Shown piece after piece: positions 24,536-37,419 of a stretch of 64,000 nt of DNA; the stretch's first letter is position 1, and each line of letters opens with the position of its first letter. The notes under the pieces were generated by a model. It was not told the DNA's origin. It did not search any database and worked only from the letters and a program-made list of their open reading frames with translations. Both the position numbers and the translations under genes were made by a program. Origin of the DNA: Epithemia pelagica (taxonomy: Eukaryota > Protista > Bacillariophyta); assembly GCA_946965045.2 (NCBI GenBank), contig OX337232.1:3846314-3910313 (forward strand), given 5' to 3'.

Positions 24536-27467
24536 ATGAAAGCAATTGCACCAAACAACAAGATACGACCACGAGCCAGAATGGCTCTGGTTCTAGGTAC
24601 TTTGGTGGTTGTCACCATTGGTCTAGAGGTCCTTGTCTTCTTTCAAGTGATCCAACCACTCCGTCTTGACAGGAAGAACAAGAGCTTGTCATCTTCCTCC
24701 TCATCATTATCATCATCGTACAACAAGGTCCAAGAGTCGTCGTCACCATTACCGAACGTATTGCTGCAATTCGAGTTGCTTCCGCATGTCACACTGATTC
24801 AACAACGAGAACAACGACATCCACAACTACAACTCCACGAGCATGCCCACCGACGACGGTTACGGAATAATAGCAAGCGAAACAGTACCAGTCCCCCTAA
24901 GAATGCACTCAACGAGCCACAACCTCCCATGGTGCGGCTACCCCCGCCCCTCTATCCACGACGAAGACAACGACAACAACAGCAAGCTTCTCGACAAGTA
25001 TTGGAGGACCCTTCCGAAATTTCAACACCACAAGTTCCCTTGTGGCAGGGACATGGAACGCATTACCTTACCGTCTGGATCGGTCATCCCATACCGCAAC
25101 AGCAAACGTGGATTGTCGATACCGGATCCAGTGTCACGGCCATACCTTGTGTCGGCTATTATTCGGATAGTGAGAATGACAAGAATGAGGATTCGGAACC
25201 ACCATCACCTACCGTTCATCACTGGACGAATCCACTCTTTGATCCATCCTTATCGTCCACATTTGAGACGCTTGGCTGTTCAGGAGGAGACGATGAATGT
25301 AGCCAAACCTTTTATCATGGCACCTGTCCAACAACGGACAACACCAACAACAACACAACCAGCACTTCCACAGATTGTCAAATTGACATGACCTATGCCG
25401 AGCACAGTTCCTGGAAAGCTCGTGGAGTTAAGGATTGGGTGTCGTTCGTGGGTCCACCATCACAACAACAAGAGGAAACAGAAACAGCAGCAGCAACACA
25501 GACACAGGAGAATACTAGTATCGACTCATCATCTCGACAATAAAAGATGGAATTTGAATTGGCCTTTGGGTGTCAAACGCACGTGACGGGGTATTTTGTC
25601 ACACAGGTATGTGTGTGTGATTCTATTGTTGTGTTGTGCGTTAGAGCAATGTCATTCTCCACTCTTGCTGTTTCTTGGGTGTGATTCTGGGACACACTTT
25701 TTTATCTACTATGCCACGAACACATTTCGTTTACCACTCTATTTTTCGACTCTCACAATGATTGATTCTATGCTACACATATAGTTGGCCAATGGAATTG
25801 CCGGTTTGAACCGAGATGCCACCTCCTTGATTCCCCAAATGACGGCCAGTCTGGTGCGACAACAACAAGAGCAACAACCACAAGAAGAAGAGCAACAACA
25901 TATGCCACTGCCCAATCGTGTCGAGTCGTCCTCCTCCACAACGACATCGACTCCAGGTACCAAGAATCTCGTGTTTTCGCTTTGCTTTGCACCGCCCCCG
26001 GAGCAACCAACGTCAAGTGGGACTGCTGCAGCGCCTGCTGCTCCTGTGGAACGGCCGGCCGGTACAATGACTCTATTCGCAGGCGGAACCGATGCGCCAT
26101 GGCCAACGACAACGACAACAGGGCCCTCCTCTTCCCTGGTTTGGACGGCTCCCAGTCATGGGCCTGATCCAACGAACCGTGCCAGTCCTGACGACAATGA
26201 CGACAACAATGATCGGTATTTTACCGTCGAAATTCGACAAGTCTATTTGCAACCGGCTCATTCCATTCACAAACATGGATGGGATAGCCTCGTGTCGCTC
26301 GACTTGAATGCGACGGAATTGGATTCGCTCAATGGTCGTACCAACAGCAAGAACGACAATCACCAGAAACCACAAGGTCTGCAAGTGATTGTGGATAGTG
26401 GCACGACCGAAACCTACTTGTCCCAGTCGGTCCAAACCAAATTTCAAACGCTCTTTAACCAAATGACCGTGGGATTGTTGGAGTATCGAGGGGGGTTGAC
26501 TGGTCATTCCTTGTACCAATTGTCACCCTATCAACTTGAGTCCCTTCCCACCATTTGGTTGCAATTGGTGGGAGATGAAACGCGCAACTCGATTGTTTCG
26601 TCGTCCTCGTCGTCCACTACGGTCGTCCAAAGTGGCAGTATGGCACGGGGCGTCGATCCTCGTCATGCCATGGATGTGTTGGTGGCCATTCCACCGACGC
26701 AGAACATGGAATATTTGGCCGAATCGCAAAAGTGGACCTTTGGAGTCTTTGCCAATGAACCGTCCGGTGCCGTCTTGGGTGCCAATGTCCTCATGGGACA
26801 TGAAGTAGCCTTTGAGATCGATAGCAATCAAGTGGGATGGGCCCCATCGGATTGTCGTCCTTCACAACCACAAGCATCCCAGAACAATACGACGCCAAAC
26901 CAGCAACAGCAACAAGCCAATGGTACCAGTGGTGGTGTTGGAACGAATGATACGAGCAACAAGTCGGAGGATACAAACAGTACTTCCACCGTGAATGAGA
27001 AGGAGGAGCAAGGGTCTTGGTGGACCTTTCGACGTGGATTGGCGTCCTCCTTTCATTCGTCGTCGTCCTCATCGTCTTGTTCCAGGACAAGGACTGTTCT
27101 TTCGACGGTCGGGGGAGGCATTGCCGTCTTGGTGACTGTCGGAGGATTGTTGCGGGTGGTATTCCAATGGGGATGTCCAGCCACCACCGAATCCTGTTGG
27201 TTCCATAGTACCAGACACGAGACACATCCTAAAGGAGCAGCAACCACAAGACCAGGACAGGTTCGTCCTGGCTTTGCCAAATTGACCTGTAGTGGCGACG
27301 ACAATGACACTGACGAACCAGACGTGGAGGATGCGATCGACTGCAATAGAAGTAGTACGACCCAGGATTCATTCCTCGTTTTGGACCAAGGCCAGGACAA
27401 TTCTCATCTTGACGACGACCACAAGACTGCGGACATGTCGCAACCAGTCCGAGACAGACAAATATGA
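24536..27467 (+). pseudogene. Membrane-anchored A1 aspartic protease (plasmepsin V/A1B-like) with one in-frame TAA at 25541-25543; intron 25607-25784
   Basis: GTHYLTVWIG...WIVDTGSSVTAIPC, AFGCQ...TGYFVTQ|LANGIAGL, VIVDSGTTETYL, GAVLGANVLMGHEVAFE...VGWAPSDC, plus N- and C-terminal hydrophobic segments. Confidence 0.85.
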
Positions 27468-28041
27468 GTGAGGGCCTTTTCTTGTCGTCGTTATAAGAGG
27501 TGGGCTTTTTCTGGACAGTGTGGAATCCCGTTTTGTTGGTTCTTGACTAAAGAGTGGAAAACCAAGGCGACAGCGTGGATGGCATGATAAATCCTGCACA
27601 AAAGAGATGGAACAAAAGTAATGCTAGCCTGTTCCAAGCAGTAAGAATAAATCGACAGACTTTTGTTTGGTTCGTCTATGTGGCCCCTTGTCACAAGCGG
27701 GCTGTCCCCCTGCTCCATGATTCCGAGAGTAATGGCGCCAGTGCAGTCGTTCGACCGTACCCTAGTGGGTAGGCGCGGCAGCTGGAAGAATAGACTATTC
27801 TCTCTCTATTTTGGCCACCGTCGCATTCCTTGGCGTGGTGGTAGTTTCTCCGAGAGACTCTTCGCAATGGTACAGGCAGTGGGCTGTTCCCTTTTTTGGG
27901 CCGATCGCCGCGGGGGAGTAGCCGACGTGTGCGCTTTTCTCCTAGAATTGGCGTGCGCGATCAACGACGATGAGAAAGACCACACAGCTCTCATCTCTCT
28001 CTCAATGCCAGAGCTACACTATTCTGAGACAACCAGACAGA

Positions 28042-30655
28042 ATGGAAGAACAAGGACGACAACAAGAGAAGGAAAGGATGAATGACTTGTCGGACGCCGA
28101 CCGGGCATCCTCTTCCGCCGACACTCGTAGCAACCAGCATTCCGTCGAAACTCCTCCAGCTGCTGCTCCATCCTTGACGAAACAAGTGAGCAATTTGTCA
28201 CGATCGGATGTCAGTCCAGACGACAATGATTCGGAGGATTCCGATTCAATGCGAGGCACGGCCGCTGCCATGGGCATGGCCGCCTTTGCCCCTGAAAGTA
28301 CCACCTGGCGCATGGCCTTGGAACAAGCCGAGTACGTACTGTAATATAGACTTTGGATGGATGGATGGATGGATTGGAGGAGGACGAGTGCGGTTGCCAC
28401 AGTTAGTTGCATAGATGGTCGACACTCTTGGTCTCTCATGGTGTGTTTTTCTCAATCGTGGTGTTCTTCTCTTTTTTTTCTCTTGACATGTGTGTTTCTG
28501 TGTGTGCGTCTGCTGTTTTGTCTTGGTTTCATCACGACACTTTCTAATATATAGAGTCGAAACGGCTCGTTTTTGTTTTCCGGCGGGCTTTACCAAACAC
28601 TTGATTCCGCTCCTGACGAGTGTGACCGCCTTGACCTTTACCGGTGTCGGTGGTTGGGATTGTACCTTTTTTCAAGGCGCCACCATTCGCTTTACTGGCA
28701 ATCGTTATGGCTTGTGGACGCTGGAAGATGTCAGTGGCAAGTGTCAATTGTGGGATGTCTTGTTTTTTAATTTTACCCTGGGTGGACCACTCGTCACGGC
28801 CCGTGTTTTTAGCATGACGGCCATGTTGTTGGGTTTGGCCTTGGTGGCCACCATGGCACAAGCCTCGCAATTTCATTTGGCCAGTTGGGGCATTGGTTTG
28901 GCCTTGTTTATTCTCTTTGTCATTTCCCTGTCCACCACATCTATTTTCAATGTCTGGGTCGTGTTTTGGCTCTTTACCTATGCAATCATGGTGTTGATGA
29001 TTCGGGCCATTTTCATTCATCCCGTGGCGCGCCACATTTCAACGCGGGGGAGCAAAATTATTGCCGCCTGCTACATTTTTTGTGCCCTGTGTTGTCTCAT
29101 GACCATGGTGGTCCTCAAGAGTGATTATTGTACCTGTTCCAATATCACGTCGGAACGCTTGGAAGATCGCAATGTCGGACAACCCTGCAATGGTTCGTGT
29201 AGCATGGGCTGGGCCGGCTATGCCATGGTGGTGGCCAGTGTCTTGTGGATTGCCGCGGCCGTGTGTTGTTTGAAATTTGGCATTCAACCCGAAACTCTGA
29301 ATGAAAATCGACGACGGCCCAAGGAATGGTACGCCCATTATCCCCATCAATCCATGGTCACCCGCGCCGTGAATTTTGCCACCAGATTGGGACATCGCAG
29401 TGGCCATGGTGGAAGTAGTACCAATTCCAAGAGTCATCCTCAACATCACCACAGCAGCAACAGCAACAATAGTCAACAGGGTAGTACCACGTCGAGCCAA
29501 CCGCCACTCTTGGAAGCCCAATCATCGATTGTCCGATCCAGTCTCAGTAGTACCAGTGCGACGGCGTCGGCGACGACCACCAACCAAAAATCGGTTCGCT
29601 TTCAAGATTCCAACACTACGACGGATGGCACGGCCACACAACCCGCCGAGAGGATACAGATGAAACCCATTAACGAATTGCACAGTCATCACGATCTTAC
29701 CCTTGAGACCAACAAGGAAATTACTCCGGCGGACGATGAAGAAAATTCGCTATTGGCCGCCGAACACAGTCGAGAATTGGAACAACAAGACCAAAGTGAC
29801 TTGGCGGCCCTCTATGACGCCACGCCCTCTGGAGACCATGAGGATGCCGAATTGGATTGGAGCGATTTGGAAGATACCCGTGGCTGGTGTCAAAAGTGTT
29901 GTTGCGATTATCGGATTGAGCCACGCAGCCGCAAGGAACGATGGATGTTTTGGTCCTTCCGAACCATCTTGGGCTTGGGCTTTGTCATTTACGCCCTCTT
30001 TGTCTACATGTTGATTGGATCGCGGTCGGAAAATACGGCCGCTGCCAAAAAGCCCGACACGACGCCCTATTTTACCACCAATTGGGTCTGTGCCTTTAAT
30101 CCACTCGACCCCAAGGGGGAGGAATTTCAAAGCTTTGTCAATCAAGAAGCGGCCAAGGCTCAAAATTGGACCATTGCCCATTGTGGCAAGTGTGGATATT
30201 GCTCCAACCCGCACGATATTCAAACCTATGTCGAAACCCGCAAGACCATTGCCAAGACTGCCAAAAAGTGTGGACCAAAAGTGTTTTTGGGAACCTATGA
30301 CGACTTGGTGGATTGCCTCGAAGATCGAATTGGATTCACTCGACCCTGTACGGAATGTTGGGCCGACAACATGGACAATACTGCTGAAAAGTGTTTGTCC
30401 ACGTGTATGCGGACACTGTTTAGTGGATTCATGACAGACAACAATGTCCCCGGTGCCGGCGATCAGGGATGGTTGAATCAATGCCTGTTTTGCGATGAAA
30501 AAATGTCCGGACCCGCCTTTGTCACGTGCAGTGGGGTGGCGCGACGACGACTGGGCATTCAATCCGAAATTGAACGAAACCCCGTCGAACAATGCAAGCG
30601 CGTCGACATTGACTGGGTAAATGTCAATTGGAAGGAAATTGGCTTTGAAGACTAA
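28042..30655 (+). CDS. Multi-pass membrane protein with a C-terminal Cys-rich domain of unknown function; exons 28042-28331 and 28555-30655
   Basis: Several hydrophobic helices, then CGKCGYCS...CTECWADN...CLSTC...CLFCDEKMSGPAFVTCSGVARRRLGIQSEIER. A GT..AG intron keeps the frame. Confidence 0.75.
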
Positions 30656-31875
30656 CAACAACACAACAACAAGAAGAAGAAGGGTACAAGGATTGCCAAA
30701 AGATTGTCAAGACGACGCACATGTGTAGTCTCATGCTCGTGTTGTCTTGCCAAGATCGGCGATTGCAACGCAAGTTGTTATCTGTTGTGGCTGAGAGGAT
30801 ACGAACGAGAGTCTCTCGTTGATTAAGATGTTGAGAGAGAAGGACAAATCCCTTTTGGTTGAAAAAGAGCGAGATTACTGTCAATGATCCTTTCATTGGC
30901 TGTTGTATCTGATGGATGGAGTGGTCGTCAGTTTCCTCTTTGCGGTCAGCCCTAGGAAGAAATATATATGTAGTTGTGTGTAGCTAATTATGGTGTTAAT
31001 AGACGACCTGTCTTCCTATAGTAGAATGGATGGAACCACTTTGGTTTCTTCTTGGATGCTTCTTCTTGTTGTTGTTGCGTGGACGACAATCGGGCCCATC
31101 CCACTTGATTGGCATTGATATCCAAGGCCACTTCGTCATGTCACATGAGGATATGTATGGCACCCAAGATTGCCATTGTCGTCTCTAACGTCGCACCAAC
31201 CAACCTCACAACAAAAGCAAAGACCCTGCAAGGGAACATCGACTCGACAACCTGCGCTTGGAGCTGCGTGCGTCGTTAAGTTCGTTCATATGGACGCATT
31301 GGACATATCCGTAGCGTAGATTGGCTTTTCCGTATGGATTGATTTCTCGGACGACAACGCCATCTGCGTCTTCACAGAGCCGTTGATCAAAGAGAGCTTG
31401 TTTTGGTTCTAGTGTAGAATCTCTCACCCTCATACGTTGGATTCCATTGCTCGATAAAGACGCAACGGCAAGAGGACGGAGACTCGACGTATCCTGTTGT
31501 AGCCGTTGTTGGTGGCACAGGGTCGGCTGTGTGTGTATCCGTAGTCCTCGTCTTGGTGGATTGTTGGTTGCTTTCGTCAAGCGCCGACTCGCCGCACCTC
31601 CATTGCCGTGCCGACGGCCGACACACGCAAACCGGCATTGTCTACTCTACTTTTTGGCTGGTCTCGTAGGCGAAGCAAAAGTGTCCTTCGGCCGAGTGCT
31701 CACACAAAACCAAAAACCCTCTGATCTGAAAATCAAATTGCTGCCAAACCAAAACCAAAACCAAAAACAAAAAAAAACAAAAAGTCTATCTGTTATCGTT
31801 ATTATGCGTATTGTTATCTTTACGTGTTGTGCTGACCTTGTGAACTCTCCACCATTCGTGTGTGAATGTAGTCGC

Positions 31876-32310
31876 ATGAAGCGCAAGCGCGGTCGCGGCT
31901 TCGAGTTTGTGAACAAAAACAAACGTCGCAAGACCAATGCTTGCAGCTTTGTGCCTGTTCCGACGCCGAGGCAATCCCCGGTGTCGGTGTCGTTCGATCT
32001 ACTGTTAAAATACAGTACTGTTAGGAAGAAGTACAAAGCTTCTTACCGCTCCTTTGCTTCTTTGCCTTCGATTGCAGAGCAGCTTGTTGAACCTGAACCT
32101 GAAGAAGCTCCCGCTCCCGCGATCGCTGAAGAAGAAGAAGAAGAAGGACCCCCGATTTTCCCCCTCGAGTCTGAAGATCCGCCCCCGATTGTCGAAGAAC
32201 TCCCCCCTCCTCAAGAACCATTGCTGGGATCGTTTTGGGTCGGTGGTGTGCGTCGGTCGAGAGGTCGACATTGGAAAGAGTTTGGCCATCTATTATGTTG
32301 CTTTGGTTGA
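31876..32310 (+). CDS. Small basic-then-acidic/Pro-rich hypothetical protein
   Basis: ORF from MKRKRGRG (NLS-like) through an E/P-rich tract to LGSFWVGGVRRS. No recognisable domain. Confidence 0.35.
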   Translation: MKRKRGRGFEFVNKNKRRKTNACSFVPVPTPRQSPVSVSFDLLLKYSTVRKKYKASYRSFASLPSIAEQLVEPEPEEAPAPAIAEEEEEEGPPIFPLESEDPPPIVEELPPPQEPLLGSFWVGGVRRSRGRHWKEFGHLLCCFG

Positions 32311-32391
32311 CTCCGCACTCCGCACCTCGCCCCACACACCAGGGACACACACGACTCGTCGCCTGCCGCGGCGTGTGATTGGCGATGATGG

Positions 32392-32537
32392 CGCGCGGAC
32401 CTCGACCAAAAACGCTACCTCTGCTATGCGAATCTCACTACGAATAGCTACGGAGGGCTCTTCCATAGAGCTATCAAAGCTACTCCTACCAAAGCTACTC
32501 CTACCTTTCACGAGAGTTTCATTCATTATTCATGGGG
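32392..32537. repeat. Intergenic direct repeat, copy 1 of 3
   Basis: AAAACGCTACCTCTGCTATGC...AATAGCTAC...CTCTTCCATA...TCAAAGCT(A/C)CTCCTACC...AGTTTCATTCAT is shared with 36659-36803 and, in part, 38775-38890. Confidence 0.85.
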
Positions 32538-32930
32538 CTATCGCTCATTGTGATACTTGTGATACAAGAAACGGTCCATGGCGGAAGGGTGGGAAGCAAC
32601 AACAAGGATGATCTCGTAGTGGTTGCGTGGTGGTTGTTGTGAGTTTTCATGTCAATGGCGGAAAATCGCCGATTTTGAGACGACGCCTCTTTGGGGTGAG
32701 TAGTGTACCCGATTGCAAACACTAACTACTCATTCAAGACCAGGTGGCTCACCCTTCCGCTATCTAAGGGGAACAGAATTGGGATATATGTGGTCCATGG
32801 TCCCAATCGACATCGACACATTGTCCAATACCAACATATATTAAGTCTCTTTATTGACATCATTTAACATCTCTACTGCGCAGCATACGTTGAAGGTTGT
32901 TATTGAAAACAGTACCGACATATATCATGC

Positions 32931-35900
32931 CTACCGAAACCACAATGACGGTTTTCCCGGTGTGACATTCTCAACAATCCTGTCGGGAAGTTCCTTTGAC
33001 GCAGCATTCTCGCCTCCCGCCTTGATGATATCTATCTCACTCACATTGCTCAACTGGGATTGGATGTACTTGACATTTTGCGTCAGAATTTCTTCTTGGT
33101 CAAACGGCACTTGAACATCCATTGCCGCTTCACCAACATCTTGGACTTCCGTCATGATAAAATTACCAAACTGCATAGCCAACTTGATCAGCTTCTTGTC
33201 TGTGAAATGCTGCCCAGTCCAGTTCTTCATATCTTTCAGTATCGTACATGAGAACTTGCCATCCTTGTACTGCGATTGAAGCCACGTCAAAACATCAACT
33301 TTCCATTGGGGGTAAGTGTCCGAAACGACAATGGAAACTGTCTTCCAACCTTTTTTCGCCTTCCCTGCTTGAGCTCGGAACCCCTTCAGGGCGCTTCTTA
33401 GGAACATGGCTTTTCTCGTCAGCATCTTATCTTCTGGCTCTTGTTTCGGCCACGGAGCTTTGACTGCCAATCCCTCATTCCCAAGAATGTTCGTCCAAAT
33501 CTTTTCCGACCAATGAGGACAAACAGGGCAGATCATGATCACAATAGCCTCCATCCAGCGTCGAATGACTTTCTTGTGCATAGAAATGTCACTGGCAGCT
33601 AACCACGCTCTGTACTCGTTCCGGGCATTCAACATGTCAAACCAACCCAACTTGATACCAGTCTTGAACTGCATCGAGGCAAAATTCGTTTTTGCACCGT
33701 CAATCGAACGATTGACTTGGTTCATCAAAATCTGGTCCATCACATTCATGTCTTTGCCGTCTCGCATCTGTTCCATTGCAGCAACCGTTTCGCTGATCCA
33801 GGCTTCTTCGGTAACCAACGTCAAGACGGCCGAATCGGCTTGTTCCAGACAGAAATTGGCATCGTCCAGAGAATCCCCGGCATCGGCACAGGCAAACCGA
33901 GTAGCATCGGATCCGTACTTGTCGCACGTCTCCTTCATAGTCAGAAAGTTTCCCTTTGCTTTACTCATCTTCTCGGCATTGACCAGGACGTGTCCATTGC
34001 AGTAATATCCACGCGGCCATAGCTCGGGTTCATCTTCCCAAATAGCAGCGTGATGGAACAACGCCATTGTCAAGTGATTCGGGATCAAATCCTTGGCACT
34101 CACTCGCAATGCCATGGGGTACCAGTATCGAAACTCGTCCCGCATCCGGTTCAGGGTTTCCACTGGGATGTTACAGTCCGGGGGAACCGAGAATCCCTTT
34201 CGATAAATGTAGTTAAACACGTCCTTGGTCAAGTCAGCAGGATCAATCTGCCCTGGTGATTTCGACTTGTCACCTTTTAAATTATCTGGCCCTTGCAAAA
34301 TGTGGGAAATGGTATAATATGCCATATAGATGGTACTGTCCGACAAACTTTCAATGACCCATGCGGTATCCCATGGTAAAAAGGTTCCAAGTCCAAACTG
34401 ACGGGTGCAGGCCCATTCTTTTAACCACCCAATAGAGTAGTCATATCTTTTCAAGGCATTGGGATCATAGGCATCAAAGTTACCACTTTCCATGACATGG
34501 GTTCTGACCACACGTGACCACGATTCTTCCCCGTACGCCAAATACCATTGGTCGGTGGCGGCTGTCACAACAAAGTTTGACAAGGGAAAGGGAGCAGTGG
34601 TTAGATTTCACGAATTGTGAAGGACATCGCGAATCTAGTTCGTCGAACTTACCAACAACGCACTCATCATGGGTACGCGAAACAACCTTGGACTCTGGTT
34701 CAAAGTACAAACACGCCTGTCCAGCGTCGATCATTTCTTGTTTGATGACTGGTTTGGCCTCGCTGACTTTTTTACCATCATGTGGGCCACAGGACATGAC
34801 ACCGATTGTGAATCCTTTCAAGTATGTTTCGTCTTTGGCCTCTGTCAATTTCGCCTTGTCATTTGGTGACTTGATTTTGAGCTTTTCGCACATAAAGACA
34901 GCAGAAGCTTCTCCATACCCTGAGATTGAGATAATGGGAACGACTTGAAAAGGCATCACCATATCGTCCGTAATGCCATATTTGGCTCGAAAGTCGGGCT
35001 TATCTTGCAAGGCTTTAAGGGAAACATAGTCATCCGGTGCATCACTAGGAACTGAGGTAACGACTCCAGTTCCTTTATTCATACTGATGGTCAACAAGGG
35101 CAGCGTGTAAACCTTTTCATACGTGGCCAACGGAGCTTTTAGAGGCAACCCCAGAAGTTCATTACCCATAAAAGTTTCAAGGCATTCGATTTTACCAAAT
35201 TCCTTGGTAAAGTAGTCATTGCCCTTCAACACTTGACATGACAAGCCCCGAGCCGACCGAGCACTCATAATAAAAACTTCATTCGTCGCGTCAATGACAT
35301 AGGCACCGTACTCTCCTTCCGGTAACACAAAGCAATTGGTTTGACCATACATGGTTTCAGGCCGCAAGGTGGCTGGAACAAGAAAGACCGGTCGACCACC
35401 CGCCTTTTCATCCAACAACTTTTGCATTTTGACATGGCGCTCTTGTCCATGGTCCGGAGGGAGCACCTGCAACTTGATCAAGACATACTCTTGCGGACCA
35501 ACTCCCTCACCTTCGGACCTGTCGTGATCGGCACAGACTTGTCCATCTACCAACGAGTACACATTATTACGTTTGCCAAACAAAACTTTCTCTTTCTCCT
35601 TTAGGACTTCAAATTGCCAACGAATAAAAGCATCGTAGTAAGGGTTCACAAACGTCGTGATGAAGGATCTTCTCCAATCGATACCAGCTCCAAAGTCTTT
35701 CAAATGATCAACACCAATCGGAGGAAAATAAGACAGCCAATGAAGAGCGTCTTGAAACGAAGGAATTTCATCCTCGGGGACCATTTTCTTGAGAATATTC
35801 CATTGCCTTACTATACCCTTCCCTGTCTTTTGGACAAGCTTCGTTTTACCGCCCTTGGCCTTTTTTTCACCTGCTGCTAGCTTCTTTGCAGCTTCTTCTG

Positions 35901-36434
35901 CAGCTGCCAACGTCTTCGCCTCCATCTTGGCTCTTAGTTCAGGATCATCTTCGGGAAATTTTGGTGGACAACCATATGTCTCAATCTCAGTTTTCAGCTT
36001 ATTAGCAGCCTATTCAGATCATGAAAACGGTGAGAACGAGAGAGCGGGAGACACGCAACGTCACTTTAAACATCGTTGGCACCCAGCAAAAAACATCTCG
36101 TTTCACTCACTGCTTGAATTGGCATGCCGGTGCAATGAAATGCAAAAGGGAACAGCACATTCTTGCCCATGTGACGTTCAAACTGCGCTCGAAATACGGC
36201 TTTTGTCAAGGAAAACGCATGACCAATGTGCAAATTTCCATTGGAATAAGGATACGGAAACGTGACCATAAATGGCTCCTTGCTGGTATCGGGGTCCGCT
36301 TCAAAGGCGCCTTGCTCCTCCCACAGTTTTTGGACTCGGAGTTCGTTGGTCCGCAACGCATCACGCTTTGCCGTACTCTTCGCACCACTTCCACCAGTGG
36401 CATTTGTCGACTCTTGGTTGTCCGATGAAGACAT
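32931..36434 (-). CDS. LARS1: Cytosolic leucyl-tRNA synthetase; exons 36434-36111, 36009-34653, 34561-32931
   Basis: [14 protein letters not shown] (HIGH), [30 protein letters not shown] (editing domain), [32 protein letters not shown] (KMSKS). Both introns are GT-AG and the frame is intact. Confidence 0.97.
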
Positions 36435-36658
36435 GCTATCTCTTTCTATCTTTTGTGGCGACAGGATGGACTTCTCTGTTTGTTCGACTTGCTGTGAACA
36501 TGCTCATGGCGTGTTTGTGAGCTGCAAGTTGATGCTCGCAATGAATGTCACTCGCGCTCATACACGTCTCTCGAGAAAAGATCCAAAAGATCTCTCGCCG
36601 TCCACGTTTGTCATATATCTGTCCATCAATGTTTGTGCGATCGGAACATTGGCGATCG

Positions 36659-37075
36659 CGCGCGGACCAGGACAAAACGCTACCTCTGCTATGCTAATCT
36701 AGCTACCAAATAGCTACAGAGCGCTCTTCCATAGCGATGAAAGCTGCTCCCTATCAAAGCTCCTCCTACCTTGAACAAGTTTCATTCATCCATGACCATG
36801 GGACTACCTATCGCAACAACAAAGTTACTCCTACATCGAAGAACACCTCTTGTCACAAAGAATAGAGCCTTCTTATAGTGAATACCTATATACGAATAAA
36901 ACCCCCCACAGAAAAAACACAGATAGAAGACTATGGATGACGATGAATTCATCATCATCATGATATGATCATCATGATCATCGCGATACTGGTAAGATAT
37001 GAAGAAATTGAACTTGCTTTACCCACGGAACACAAGAAAAAGCCGCCGAGTGGACTGTGAGAATCAATCTTGGTA
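36659..37075. repeat. Intergenic direct repeat, copy 2 (extends ~410 bp in common with copy 3)
   Basis: Core as in copy 1, plus the near-identical block ACAAAGAATAGAGCCTTCTTATAGT...TAAAACCCCCCACAGAAAAAACACAGATAGAAGACTATGGATGACGATGAATTCATCATCATC shared with 38935-39125. Confidence 0.9.
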
Positions 37076-37419
37076 GACTACGACACCTATGCGAGACTCT
37101 CCCTTTCTGGAATGCACCACTGTTGGATTTCGGTATCCCTGCCATAGCTACCGATCCATGGACAATGACTCTGTGTCCTACAAAGTGCCATGATGCCACC
37201 ACAAAAGCCCCACATTCTTGTCTTACGGCCACACAACCATGCTGGTGGTATTACCACTTGTAGAGACACCAAAATTTGGTTGTTCCTTCCACGCCTTTTG
37301 ACAAAAATGAACACGTTCTATCTTGCAACATGTTCTTTCTACTTTTGAGTACCTACCTACTAGGTTCCAGGATTGCAATCAAACGTAGAAAACAAGTCAT
37401 CCAATAGAGAAATAAATGG

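Noticed and set aside
29750-30664. 304-aa minus-strand ORF
   Set aside because: Antisense shadow of the Cys-rich domain exon.
32392-32537. tRNA-derived SINE or snoRNA identity for the intergenic repeat
   Set aside because: No convincing A/B boxes, cloverleaf or C/D boxes.
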